Positions 1 to 8,900 of a stretch of 58,147 nucleotides of DNA are shown here, piece after piece. Within the stretch, counting starts at the first letter, position 1. The number at the start of each line of letters is the position of its first letter. The stretch spans positions 1-58,147 of the forward strand of contig VFQY01000006.1 in assembly GCA_018883425.1 (NCBI GenBank), read 5' to 3'. This DNA comes from Candidatus Omnitrophota bacterium (GTDB taxonomy: Bacteria > Omnitrophota > Omnitrophia > Omnitrophales > Aquincolibacteriaceae). The notes under the pieces were generated by a model, which worked only from the letters and a program-made list of their open reading frames with translations, searched no databases and was not told the origin of the DNA. The translations under genes and the position numbers were made by a program.

Positions 1-1018
1 CCCCGCCATAAAAAGGAGTATCTCCGGTGATTCTTACATCCTGCGCCTTTGTCGCATAAATGACAAGGTTCTGGGGCAGCGCCGCTTCATTGAGGATACC
101 CCCGCCGCTGATATTGACACTTCCGGATACATAAATCTTGACCACTTGTCCCTCCGGTATGAAGAGCTTGCTGTTTTCACTCACCGTTAAGGAGCTGAAA
201 TGATAAGTCCCGGAAGAGAGCGACTGAATCTGATCCCCAGTAAGGTCCATAGCCCCCGAAGAAATCACGTTGGTCGTCTCCACCGGAGTTTCAATAGCCG
301 TGCTCAAGCTCGCAACAGTTCCCGAGACGTCGGCATTCGCACCCATGGAAACCACTTGCGTCAAATCCGTGACGCTTGTCGGTCCTACGGTAACATTCCC
401 CTGCACCTGGGAGGTACCCGCGATGCTGATAGCGCTGGGGTCCGTCGAGTTGGTCATAAGATCCCCGTCGCTGCCCTGGTTACTCGCGCTGTAAACCCCA
501 ACGCGGGAATCATAACTGTCGACCTGAACAGAGCCGCTCATCGCGATCGCATTGTCAGCAAAAACGGCCGCATTGAAAAGACCGGGAGACTGCACTTGAA
601 CATAGCCGTGTACGGCTCGTCTTTCAGCAGCCCTGGTCCCCGGATCATTGCTCGGAGAATAGCCCGTTGCACGGATAAATCGAACATTCCCGCTATCCCC
701 CACTGCCTGCACCTCGACTTCGAAACCTCCCTGAACAGACGGCGTGGCTAGCGATGTAAACTCGCCCGTTCCCGCATAAGCGATATTCGTTTCGAGAGCT
801 TGAAGGGCTGTGGCAAAACCAGCCTCTGCCATATTGAAGGCAACTATTCGATTTTGAGTGTGCTCGGAAGACCGAAGAAAAATCTGACTGCGGCTGAAAA
901 GCGCCAACGAAAAAATGGAGACAACGACCATCACGAAATAAGCCAGTAATAAAACCGTCCCGCGGCTGTCCGTCAAGCGCTTCCGAGTCTTCCTGATGAT
1001 CCGCCTCACGAAATTCAC
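1..1018 (-). CDS. PilX-like minor pilin, paralogue 2 (3' end outside the window)
   Basis: Not in the ORF track. Manual translation from GTG at 1018 (RBS GAGGGG upstream) gives MNFVRRIIRKTRKRLTDSRG|TVLLLAYFVMVVVSIFSLALFSRSQIFLRSSEHTQNRIVAFNMAEAG, and the same frame reads TGDTPFYGG at the window edge. Basic leader, Gly and hydrophobic helix form a class III signal; collinear with 1379-2590. Confidence 0.85.
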   Translation of the reverse strand, partial: MNFVRRIIRKTRKRLTDSRGTVLLLAYFVMVVVSIFSLALFSRSQIFLRSSEHTQNRIVAFNMAEAGFATALQALETNIAYAGTGEFTSLATPSVQGGFEVEVQAVGDSGNVRFIRATGYSPSNDPGTRAAERRAVHGYVQVQSPGLFNAAVFADNAIAMSGSVQVDSYDSRVGVYSASNQGSDGDLMTNSTDPSAISIAGTSQVQGNVTVGPTSVTDLTQVVSMGANADVSGTVASLSTAIETPVETTNVISSGAMDLTGDQIQSLSSGTYHFSSLTVSENSKLFIPEGQVVKIYVSGSVNISGGGILNEAALPQNLVIYATKAQDVRITGDTPFYGG

Positions 1019-1263
1019 TCCGTCCCCCTCATCCGATTTCGCCACGAACCCGTCTGCTGCGTCTTGGCTTTTTGAATTGTCAACAAAGTGTCTCATGAAA
1101 ATACTAAGACAAGCGCCTTAGTAACCCGATCGAAGGACTTACAAGAAGAGTGTAACCTCGAAGATTCGGAAAAGGAAATCCAGGTCAGGTTTTTCGGTGG
1201 GAGAGAACAAGTTATTTAATCTCATAAAAAAAGACCTCTTAAGCATCCTGAAACGAAGCGGGC

Positions 1264-1281
1264 AGAGAGAGAGAGAGAGAG
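1264..1281. repeat. (AG)9 dinucleotide simple sequence repeat followed by a G run
   Basis: Seen directly: ggcAGAGAGAGAGAGAGAGAGgggg, between the two PilX-like genes. Confidence 0.9.
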
Positions 1282-1378
1282 GGGGACGCCCGAAGTTAAA
1301 ACTCCAAGCGGGGCAGGCTGCCGCCGAGATCTTCCGGGCCTAAAGCCTCAAGGCATCTCAAAGCAGTCTCTGCTTATT

Positions 1379-2590
1379 CTAGCCGCCCGCGACTGTATGA
1401 TCCTCCCACCAGGAGAGAACATTAACTTCCGCGCGACCCGATCCTGTGAACTGAGTCATAGCCTTGTCGAAATGAAGCTGCCCGGTACCCTGCTGGGTAT
1501 AGTTATTGGCGACGACGGCTCCAAAAAAACTCGGCGTCCCCGAAACATTGACATCGGATAACGGAGCGTAAACACCTCCGTAAAAATTACTCGTTCCGCG
1601 GATGCTGACATTGCTGGCTTGCGTCACGTAAATGACCACATTGGAGGGAAGGTTGTTGGCACTAACTATACCGCTCCCCGCGATATCTACAGATCCGCTC
1701 ACATAGATTTTGACAGGCCCCGTGACATCCAGCCTTCCGGCACGGGCGCCATTTCCAGAGATGGTCAGAGAACTGTAGTGATACGTACCCGCGGAAAGTG
1801 TGGTCGTCTGGTTCTGACCGACGGTCATAGCCCCGCTTGAGGAAACCGAGGTCGTTTCTGTGGGAACATCCACAGCCTCGGCTAAGGCAGACTTGGTGCC
1901 TGTAATGGAAGAGCGGCCGGTTACTCTGATGGCGGTGGCTGTATTGGCCTGGGGCCCCACGCTGGCACTGCCGTTGACCGTGGAGGTTCCGATCACGTTA
2001 ATGGAGGAGTTCGCTGTGCCGTTGGTCGCGATGTGCGCCTCGCTTCCCCGATTACTGCCGCCGTATGCGCCATTTCGGGAATCATAGCTGTCAACCGTCG
2101 GAACACCATTGATCGTGATCGAGTTTTTCGCTAAGACCGCATAGTTAAAAAGACTCGGCTGCTGAATCTGCGCATAACCGAGCACCGCCCGCCGTTCTGC
2201 GGCTCTGGAATCCTCGCCGTCATCAGGAGCATACCCCGTTGCCTCAATCAGGCGGACATCGCTCCTGCCCGTCACCTCTGAAACCTCGACTTCGAAACCG
2301 CCCTTTACCGTCTGCGTCGAAAGCGAGGTGAACCCCGCGGTTCCCGCATAAGCAAGGTTGGTTTCAAGGGCTTTCAGAGCTGTGGCAAGGCCCGCCTCGG
2401 CCATGTTGAATGCAACCATGCGGTTTTGATGGCGTTCCGTTGATTGAAGAAAAACATGACTCCGGACAAAGAGTGCCAATGAAAAAATCGCCATCACCGC
2501 CATGACAAAGTAAGACATCAGCAGAATAGTTCCCCGGGAATTCTTTATTACCCTGAAAGCTCCGAACGAAACCCTCGTCATCGCACCCAT
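1379..2590 (-). CDS. PilX-like minor pilin, paralogue 1, with a beta-rich C-terminal domain
   Basis: KNSRG|TILLMSYFVMAVMAIFSLAL class III signal lacking Glu5 (typical of PilX/GspK), AFNMAEAG PilX N-terminal motif, G/S/T/N-rich C-terminus with FYGGVYAP-type repeats. Confidence 0.8.
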   Translation of the reverse strand: MGAMTRVSFGAFRVIKNSRGTILLMSYFVMAVMAIFSLALFVRSHVFLQSTERHQNRMVAFNMAEAGLATALKALETNLAYAGTAGFTSLSTQTVKGGFEVEVSEVTGRSDVRLIEATGYAPDDGEDSRAAERRAVLGYAQIQQPSLFNYAVLAKNSITINGVPTVDSYDSRNGAYGGSNRGSEAHIATNGTANSSINVIGTSTVNGSASVGPQANTATAIRVTGRSSITGTKSALAEAVDVPTETTSVSSSGAMTVGQNQTTTLSAGTYHYSSLTISGNGARAGRLDVTGPVKIYVSGSVDIAGSGIVSANNLPSNVVIYVTQASNVSIRGTSNFYGGVYAPLSDVNVSGTPSFFGAVVANNYTQQGTGQLHFDKAMTQFTGSGRAEVNVLSWWEDHTVAGG

Positions 2591-2609
2591 ATCCCAGCCT
2601 CCTCAAATC

Positions 2610-3320
2610 TCACGAATTTCGATACCCAGCAAACAGCTCAGCGTCCTCGATCACGACCGACGTCCCTTTCGAGGTATTACCTTGAGCTGTAACAGAGACA
2701 GCCACCCCGCTGTTGCCTGGTCCAGTCCTGGAAAAATTTATACCTGTGATTTGGTTAGCAATCACCTTGGTATCGCTGCTGCCTAGAGCCATTTGAGTGT
2801 CCGTGCTGGTGTCCGTCTCAGTTAGGGTGCTCGTACTGGAGTCAGTGAGCGTGATGGTGCCAGTACTCGTGCTCGTGGTTGTAGTCGTGGCAGTGGTTGT
2901 GGTCATGCCCGTGTCCGTGGCCGTATTTGTAGCGGTGTCGGTGGTTGAGGTGACGCCCGTACTCGTGGCCGTTGCCGTACCGGTGCTGGTGCTTGAGTCG
3001 GTTGCCGTACTCGTGGTCGTTGCCGTACCGGTGTCGGTGGTTGAGGTGACGCCCGTACTCGTGGTCGTTGCCGTACCGGTGTCGGTGGTTGAGGTGACGC
3101 CCGTACTCGTGGTCGTGGTTGTAGTTGTGCTTGTGCCGCTAGCTCCTCCGCCCCCTCCAGCCCCTCCGCCCCCTCCAGCCCCAGCGCCTTGGCCATTTCC
3201 TCGGCAAGTGTTAACCGGATTGCATGTAGTCGCTGGGCTCGCATAAGCCTCGTAAGTCCCTAAAAGAAATAGCACCGTCAGAATCACACCTCTTAACAAA
3301 CGGAATAGTTTCATAAACAA
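2610..3320 (-). CDS. Sec-exported protein with a Gly/Thr-rich repeat stalk and a pilin-like C-terminal domain
   Basis: MKLFRLLRGVILTVLFLLGTYEAYA signal peptide (AxA), a Cys pair, a Gly-rich linker, about 110 aa of Thr/Ser repeats, then DTKVIANQITGINFS...VSVTAQG...YRNS. RBS GAGGGGAG upstream. Confidence 0.75.
   Translation of the reverse strand: MFMKLFRLLRGVILTVLFLLGTYEAYASPATTCNPVNTCRGNGQGAGAGGGGGAGGGGGASGTSTTTTTTTSTGVTSTTDTGTATTTSTGVTSTTDTGTATTTSTATDSSTSTGTATATSTGVTSTTDTATNTATDTGMTTTTATTTTTSTSTGTITLTDSSTSTLTETDTSTDTQMALGSSDTKVIANQITGINFSRTGPGNSGVAVSVTAQGNTSKGTSVVIEDAELFAGYRNS
2934..3116. repeat. In-frame 48-bp tandem repeat (16-aa unit TSTGVTSTTDTGTATT)
   Basis: Identical copies at 3013-3060 and 3061-3108, plus a near-identical offset copy at about 2934-2985. 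Confidence 0.9.
3145..3180. repeat. 18-bp perfect tandem duplication encoding GAGGGG twice
   Basis: cctccgccccctccagcc at 3145-3162 and 3163-3180. Confidence 0.85.
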
Positions 3321-3527
3321 TCTCCCCTCATGCGTAATCTCCTGAAAAAACTGTTCTCTTCCTGAGTTTCTCTTTCAAATTTTCTAATCGCTGCTCCCTA
3401 GACGGCTTCCTCTCTCAGACGCTTCATAAATTCCCAGATTTGATCTGAATCATCTTCGCCTTAGGACCTAAAACACAGACCCGAAACAGCATCCTGAGTT
3501 CACGGTCAGCAGCCGGTCATAGCACAG

Positions 3528-3923
3528 TTAAGTCGGCCGGGCAGGATCATCATAATCCCAGGCTGTTCTCAGCAATTGATTACCGTCCGTTCCGCCGCGG
3601 TAGTATCGAACTGTCTTGGCCTTTGCCCAATCGATCACATATTGATCTGTGACACGGTTAACGGGATCGGGAATTTTAAATTGAATATAACTATGATCAG
3701 CCGGTATGGTTATTTGATCAGGCGCTGACATTCTCAGTTCCTGCATCATGCGGTAAAGACCCTCACGAACTGACTCTTGGATCGTCATTTTTTCCTGGGC
3801 TACTTGCGCCTGCTCATCTCCGGCTCTCAGCACGCTAAAGATTGCAAAAACAACAAACGTAGAGATCGCGACCACAAGCATCATCTCCACGAGCGTGAAA
3901 CCTTCTTGATGCTTACGGTTCAT
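3528..3923 (-). CDS. PilW/PulJ-like prepilin, apparently lacking its C-terminal strands
   Basis: QEG|FTLVEMMLVVAI N-methylation motif with Glu5; RMMQELRMS helix typical of PilW/GspJ; ends soon after YYRGGTDGNQLLRT. Confidence 0.8.
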   Translation of the reverse strand: MNRKHQEGFTLVEMMLVVAISTFVVFAIFSVLRAGDEQAQVAQEKMTIQESVREGLYRMMQELRMSAPDQITIPADHSYIQFKIPDPVNRVTDQYVIDWAKAKTVRYYRGGTDGNQLLRTAWDYDDPARPT

Positions 3924-4345
3924 GATCCCCCCCCTTGCGTAAGCCGGCTCCTGATGGAAACGCTCGTGCTGCGCACACCGCGCTCAAGCCAATTCACAGT
4001 CACCGTAACATCCAGCGGGTCCGCCGTTGAATCGACATAATCAACCGTCACGGACTGGCTTGACAGGCTCGTGAAGCCGCTCACAGGCTCGCCGTCAGGG
4101 AACTCCGCCGTCACATTGCCGGGAAAGATTCCTGAAGCGGACTCCATGCGCATTCTTTCAAGAACCTGATTAGCATCCTGCAGCGCAAGAGTTCTTTCAA
4201 AGGCAGCTTCGTTGGATTGCTGAATGGTGGTGTTCGCACACAAATAACCCACGAGCACGAGGACGAGAACAGCCATCGCGATCATGAGCTCGATGAGGGT
4301 GAATCCCTGGGAATTTTTATTGAATGGAGTGCGCTTCCTGAGCAT
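3920..4345 (-). CDS. PilV/PulI-like prepilin
   Basis: SQG|FTLIELMIAMAVLVLVLVG; ALQDANQVLERMR helix and VTVTVNW strand; ATGA overlap with the next pilin. Confidence 0.85.
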   Translation of the reverse strand: MLRKRTPFNKNSQGFTLIELMIAMAVLVLVLVGYLCANTTIQQSNEAAFERTLALQDANQVLERMRMESASGIFPGNVTAEFPDGEPVSGFTSLSSQSVTVDYVDSTADPLDVTVTVNWLERGVRSTSVSIRSRLTQGGGS

Positions 4346-4456
4346 CTTTTGAAATCCTCGTTAGTTTTGTACTCTAACGAAAGACTAACCCGGAAAAACC
4401 GGATAGGCAACAGGACGGAGCTGTTTTTCTTTGCGGGAGATCTTTTTAAAGCGGGG

Positions 4457-4483
4457 AAAAAAGAAGCGGAATTTCAGCCGCCC
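4457..4483 (-). terminator. Probable intrinsic terminator after gltD
   Basis: Minus strand GGGCGG-ctgaaatt-CCGCTT followed by CTTTTTT. Confidence 0.5.
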
Positions 4484-4494
4484 GTTTTGCAGAC

Positions 4495-5979
4495 TTAATT
4501 CGGCAGATCGCTTGCGCCCATAAGGTAAAGGTCAACGGCACGCGCCGCGCCCCGACCCTCATTGATCGCCCAAACAATCAAACTCTGACCGCGGCGCATA
4601 TCGCCCGCGGCATAAACACCGGGGATATTGGTGGCAAATTTTCCGTGCTCGGCCTTGGCATTCGTCCGTTCGTCCCGATCTACCTGCAGCCCTTTGAGAA
4701 CCGTCTCTTCGGGCCCGAGAAATCCCATGGCCAGAAGGACAAGCTGGGCAGGCAAAACTTTTTCGGTTCCGGGAATTTCACGGGGGGCCATTCTTCCTTG
4801 AGCGTCCTTCTGCCACTCAATACCGACGATATGCACGGCTTTGAGGGATCCCTGATCATCCGCTTCAAATTTCTTGGCCGTGACTAAGTACCGCCTCGGG
4901 TCAGCCCCAAAAACGGCAGCGGCTTCTTCCTGGCCGTAGTCCATCTTATAAACTTTGGGCCATTCGGGCCATGGGTTGCTTCCGGCACGCGTCATTGGCG
5001 GCTGGGGCATAATTTCCAACTGAACAAGACTCTTACAGCCGTGGCGCATCGACGTCCCTACGCAATCCGTTCCGGTGTCGCCGCCGCCGATCACCACAAC
5101 ATCTTTGCCCGCAGCCGTAATCGCCGGAGCATTTTTTTGACCTTCCAGAACGTTGTAGGTATTGCCGTGCAAAAACTCCATGGCGAAGTGGACGCCTTTG
5201 AGCTGCCGGCCCTCGATCGGGAGGTCGCGGGGTTGAGTGGCTCCGCCCGCAAGAACAACGGCATCGAATTCTTTCAGTAAATTTTGCGCCGGGTAGTCCT
5301 TGCCGACTTCAGTCTTCGTGACGAATGTGATCCCCTCGGCTGCCATGAGGTCCACACGGCGCTGAACGATCGCCTTATCGAGCTTCATATTGGGGATACC
5401 GTACATCAGCAGTCCGCCGATACGGTCGGCCCGTTCAAAAACCGTAACGAGGTGGCCCGCTTTGTTGAGCTGGGCTGCCGCGGCGAGGCCCGCGGGGCCA
5501 GACCCCACAACCGCAACTTTCTTTCCGGTGCGCTTGGCCGGCGGTTCCGGAGTAATCCAGCCCTCTTCGAAACCTTTGTCGATAATCGCGCATTCGATAT
5601 TTTTGATCGTCACCGGAGGCTCGCTGATGCCCAGGACACACGAACCTTCGCACGGGGCCGGACACACACGGCCCGTGAATTCGGGAAAATTGTTTGTCTT
5701 GAGAAGACGATCCAGGGCCTCGCGCCACAAACCACGGTAGACCAAATCATTCCACTCTGGAATCAAATTGTTGATCGGACAGCCTGAAGCCATTCCCGAG
5801 ATCAGCGTTCCCGTATGACAAAACGGTATTCCGCAGTCCATGCAGCGGGCTCCCTGGGCCTGAAGCTTTTCTTCAGGCATATGCTCGTGAAATTCCTTCC
5901 AGTCAGCGATGCGCGTTTTGGCCTCGCGGTCTTTGGGGAGTTCTCGGGAAATTTCGATGAAGCCTGTAGGTTTGCCCAT
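4495..5979 (-). CDS. gltD: Glutamate synthase small (beta) subunit
   Basis: MGKPTGF start, [11 protein letters not shown] and GRVCPAPCE Fe-S motifs, GSGPAG and GGGDTG dinucleotide folds. Confidence 0.97.
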   Translation of the reverse strand: MGKPTGFIEISRELPKDREAKTRIADWKEFHEHMPEEKLQAQGARCMDCGIPFCHTGTLISGMASGCPINNLIPEWNDLVYRGLWREALDRLLKTNNFPEFTGRVCPAPCEGSCVLGISEPPVTIKNIECAIIDKGFEEGWITPEPPAKRTGKKVAVVGSGPAGLAAAAQLNKAGHLVTVFERADRIGGLLMYGIPNMKLDKAIVQRRVDLMAAEGITFVTKTEVGKDYPAQNLLKEFDAVVLAGGATQPRDLPIEGRQLKGVHFAMEFLHGNTYNVLEGQKNAPAITAAGKDVVVIGGGDTGTDCVGTSMRHGCKSLVQLEIMPQPPMTRAGSNPWPEWPKVYKMDYGQEEAAAVFGADPRRYLVTAKKFEADDQGSLKAVHIVGIEWQKDAQGRMAPREIPGTEKVLPAQLVLLAMGFLGPEETVLKGLQVDRDERTNAKAEHGKFATNIPGVYAAGDMRRGQSLIVWAINEGRGAARAVDLYLMGASDLPN

Positions 5980-5988
5980 GGTAATCCG

Positions 5989-8900
5989 TTAGTTGCCGCC
6001 GACGCGGGAAAGATCGCGGGCGTTCTCTTGAAACGCCGCCATGATCGCTTCATCCCCGCTGAGACCGGCACCTTTCACTTTTTCCATACACTGCAGAACG
6101 CGTTTGTAGTCTTTCGGCATGACCTTGATAAACCGGGGCAGCATCTCGTCCCAAAGATTGAGAATATGCGCCGCGCGCGAGCTGTTCGTGTACTGCTGAT
6201 GTTTTTCGATCATATTGCGGAGCTCGAGCTTTTCAGACTCTGTTTCGACACTTTCCAATGCGACCATTTGCTTGTTGCATTTCGAGGCGAAGTCACCGTG
6301 GATATCCAGAACGTATGCGACACCGCCCGACATGCCGGCTGCAAAATTTCTTCCTGTCGGACCTAAGACGGCGACCCGTCCCCCGGTCATGTATTCGCAT
6401 CCGTGATCGCCTACCGCCTCTACGACAGCCCATACCCCGCTGTTGCGGACACAAAAACGCTCACCCGCCATACCGCGGATGTACGCCTCGCCCTCTGTGG
6501 CGCCGTAGAGAGCTACGTTGCCGATAATCATGTTGTCCTCGGGTTTAAAGGTGGCGGTTTTCGGCGGGTAAACCATGATTTTGCCTCCCGAAAGCCCCTT
6601 GCCGACGTAGTCATTCGCGTCGCCTTCCAGTTCAAGCGTCATTCCCTTTGGAACAAAAGCTCCGAAACTCTGACCCGCCGAACCTGTGAAGTGAAGATGA
6701 ATCGTATCCTCCGGCAGACCGCGGGAACCGTAGCGGCGCGTCACCTCGCTGCCAAGAATGGTTCCCACCACGCGGTTGGTGTTGCGCACATGAATGGTAG
6801 CTTTTACTTTTTCGCCTCGGGACAGAGCTGGCTCGGCCAGTTCAAGAAGAACCTGATTATCCAGAGCATTGTCTAAACCGTGGTCCTGCGGGATTTGAGC
6901 ATAACGCCCAACGGCAGGTGAAACCTGCGGCTGATGGAGAATCGGCGTCAAATCGAGTCCTTTGGCCTTCCAATGATCAACGGCCTTACGGCAATCAAGC
7001 CGATCCGTCCGTCCGATCATCTCGTTGACCGTTCGGAAACCAAGCCGCGCCATCAGCTCGCGCATTTCTTCCGCGATGAAGCGCATGAAATTCACCACAT
7101 GAGCCGGATCCCCTGTAAATTTCTTCCGAAGTTCAGGGTTCTGAGTCGCAACTCCGACCGGGCATGTATTGAGATGACAAACGCGCATCATGATGCATCC
7201 CAAAACCACCAGAGGCGACGTTGCGAATCCGAATTCTTCCGCACCGAGAAGGGCGGCGATCACCACGTCACGGCCCGTCTTCAGCTGGCCGTCCGTTTCG
7301 ACCACAATGCGGCTTCGAAGATTGTTGAGCACAAGGGTCTGATGGGTTTCCGCGAGTCCAAGTTCCCACGGCGCGCCCGCATGCTTAATGCTGGAAAGGG
7401 GCGACGCGCCCGTGCCGCCGTCGTAACCGCTGATGAGCACCACGTCAGCATGAGCCTTGGCAACCCCGGCCGCGATGGTTCCCACACCGACTTCCGAAAC
7501 AAGCTTGACGCTGATGCGCGCCTGAGTGTTGGCGTTTTTGAGGTCGTGAATCAGCTCGGCCAAATCCTCGATCGAGTAAATGTCGTGATGGGGAGGCGGA
7601 GAAATCAATCCCACGCCCGGGGTACTGTGACGCACCTTGGCAATCCATGGATAAACCTTACTGCCCGGAAGCTGACCGCCTTCACCGGGTTTGGCTCCCT
7701 GCGCCATCTTGATCTGAATTTCCCGGGCATTTACCAGGTATTCACTCGTCACGCCGAACCGGCCGGAGGCCACCTGTTTGATAGCGCTGTTTTTGGAGTC
7801 TCCGTTGGGTTGCGGCCCATAACGCTCAGGGTCTTCACCGCCTTCGCCCGTGTTGCTTTTGCCGCCGATTCGGTTCATGGCGACAGCAAGGCTTTCGTGA
7901 GCCTCCTTGCTGATCGAACCGTAAGACATCGCACCGGTCTTAAAGCGCTTCACAATGGTCTCCACGGATTCCACCTCTTCCAGAGGAATCGGGTTTTCGG
8001 CAAATTTCAGATCGAGAAGGCCGCGGAGCGTGCAGAGATTTTTGGCCTGCTGGTTGACGGCATCCGAGTAACCCCGGAAAAGCTGGTAATTGCCGGTACG
8101 GGTCGAAGCCTGAAGCTTGTGGATCGTCTCCGGATTAAAAAGATGGTATTCCCCGTCTTTACGCCATTGATATTGGCCGCCGACATCCAAAGTTTGTCCG
8201 TTGACCTGGCGGTCCGGAAATGCGTGGCGATGACGGCGAGTGACTTCGTCGGCTAACTGTTCGAGGCCGATGCCCGCGATACGTGAAGGCGTCCAGGTGA
8301 AATACTTGTCGACCAGGGCTTGATTCAGTCCCACAGCTTCAAAGATCTGAGCGCCGCAATAACTCTGGATCGTCGAAATGCCCATCTTCGACATTGTTTT
8401 GACCACACCCTTGGTCACGGCTTTCACGTAATTTTTAACCGCTGTCTTGTGATCAACGCCTTTTAACAGGCCCTGGCGGATCATGTCGTCCAGAGTCTCG
8501 AAGGCTAAGTAAGGATTGATGGCGCCGGCGCCATAGCCGATCAAAAGCGCGAAGTGGTGGACCTCACGCGGTTCACCGGACTCCAGAATAATCCCCACCT
8601 TTGTCCGCGTGCCTTCCCGGATCAGATGATGGTGCAAACCCGCGACCGCCAGCAATGCAGGAATAGCGGCGTGCTCGTGACTGATTCCTCTGTCTGAAAG
8701 CACAATTAAATTCGAGCCGTTTTTAATCGCTCTGCTGGCCAGCTCGTACATTTTTTCAAGAGCCGCCTCAAGAGCCTCTCCGCCTCCGTCCGCGGAGTAA
8801 AGAATCGGCAGGGTAACCGATTTGAAATCGCGGTGATTGATGTGCCTGAGCCGTTCAAAATCTTCGTTGCTGAGAATCGGACTCTTGAGCCGGATCTGCC

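Noticed and set aside
200-751. 183-aa plus-strand ORF
   Set aside because: Opposite the real minus-strand PilX-like gene at <1-1018.
1282-1350. Resemblance to a c-di-GMP-I riboswitch (GGGACGC...CCGGGCCTAAA)
   Set aside because: Wrong strand for the flanking genes, and it lacks the GGCAAAC/GAAA/GCAAAG elements.
2934-3116. Possible CRISPR array
   Set aside because: Repeats are contiguous, in frame and without unique spacers; no cas genes are present.
2797-3246. Val-rich plus-strand ORF and the alternative-frame QRPRVR ORF
   Set aside because: By-products of the Thr-codon repeats; only the 236-aa frame has an RBS, a signal peptide and operon context.
1242-3497. AGCATCCTGA repeated at 1242 and 3488 in two pilin-cluster intergenic regions
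   Set aside because: Only 10 bp with no extension; compatible with chance, so not called a recombination or target site.
6934-8256. 440-aa plus-strand ORF and other ORFs inside gltB
   Set aside because: Antisense shadows of a highly conserved gene.
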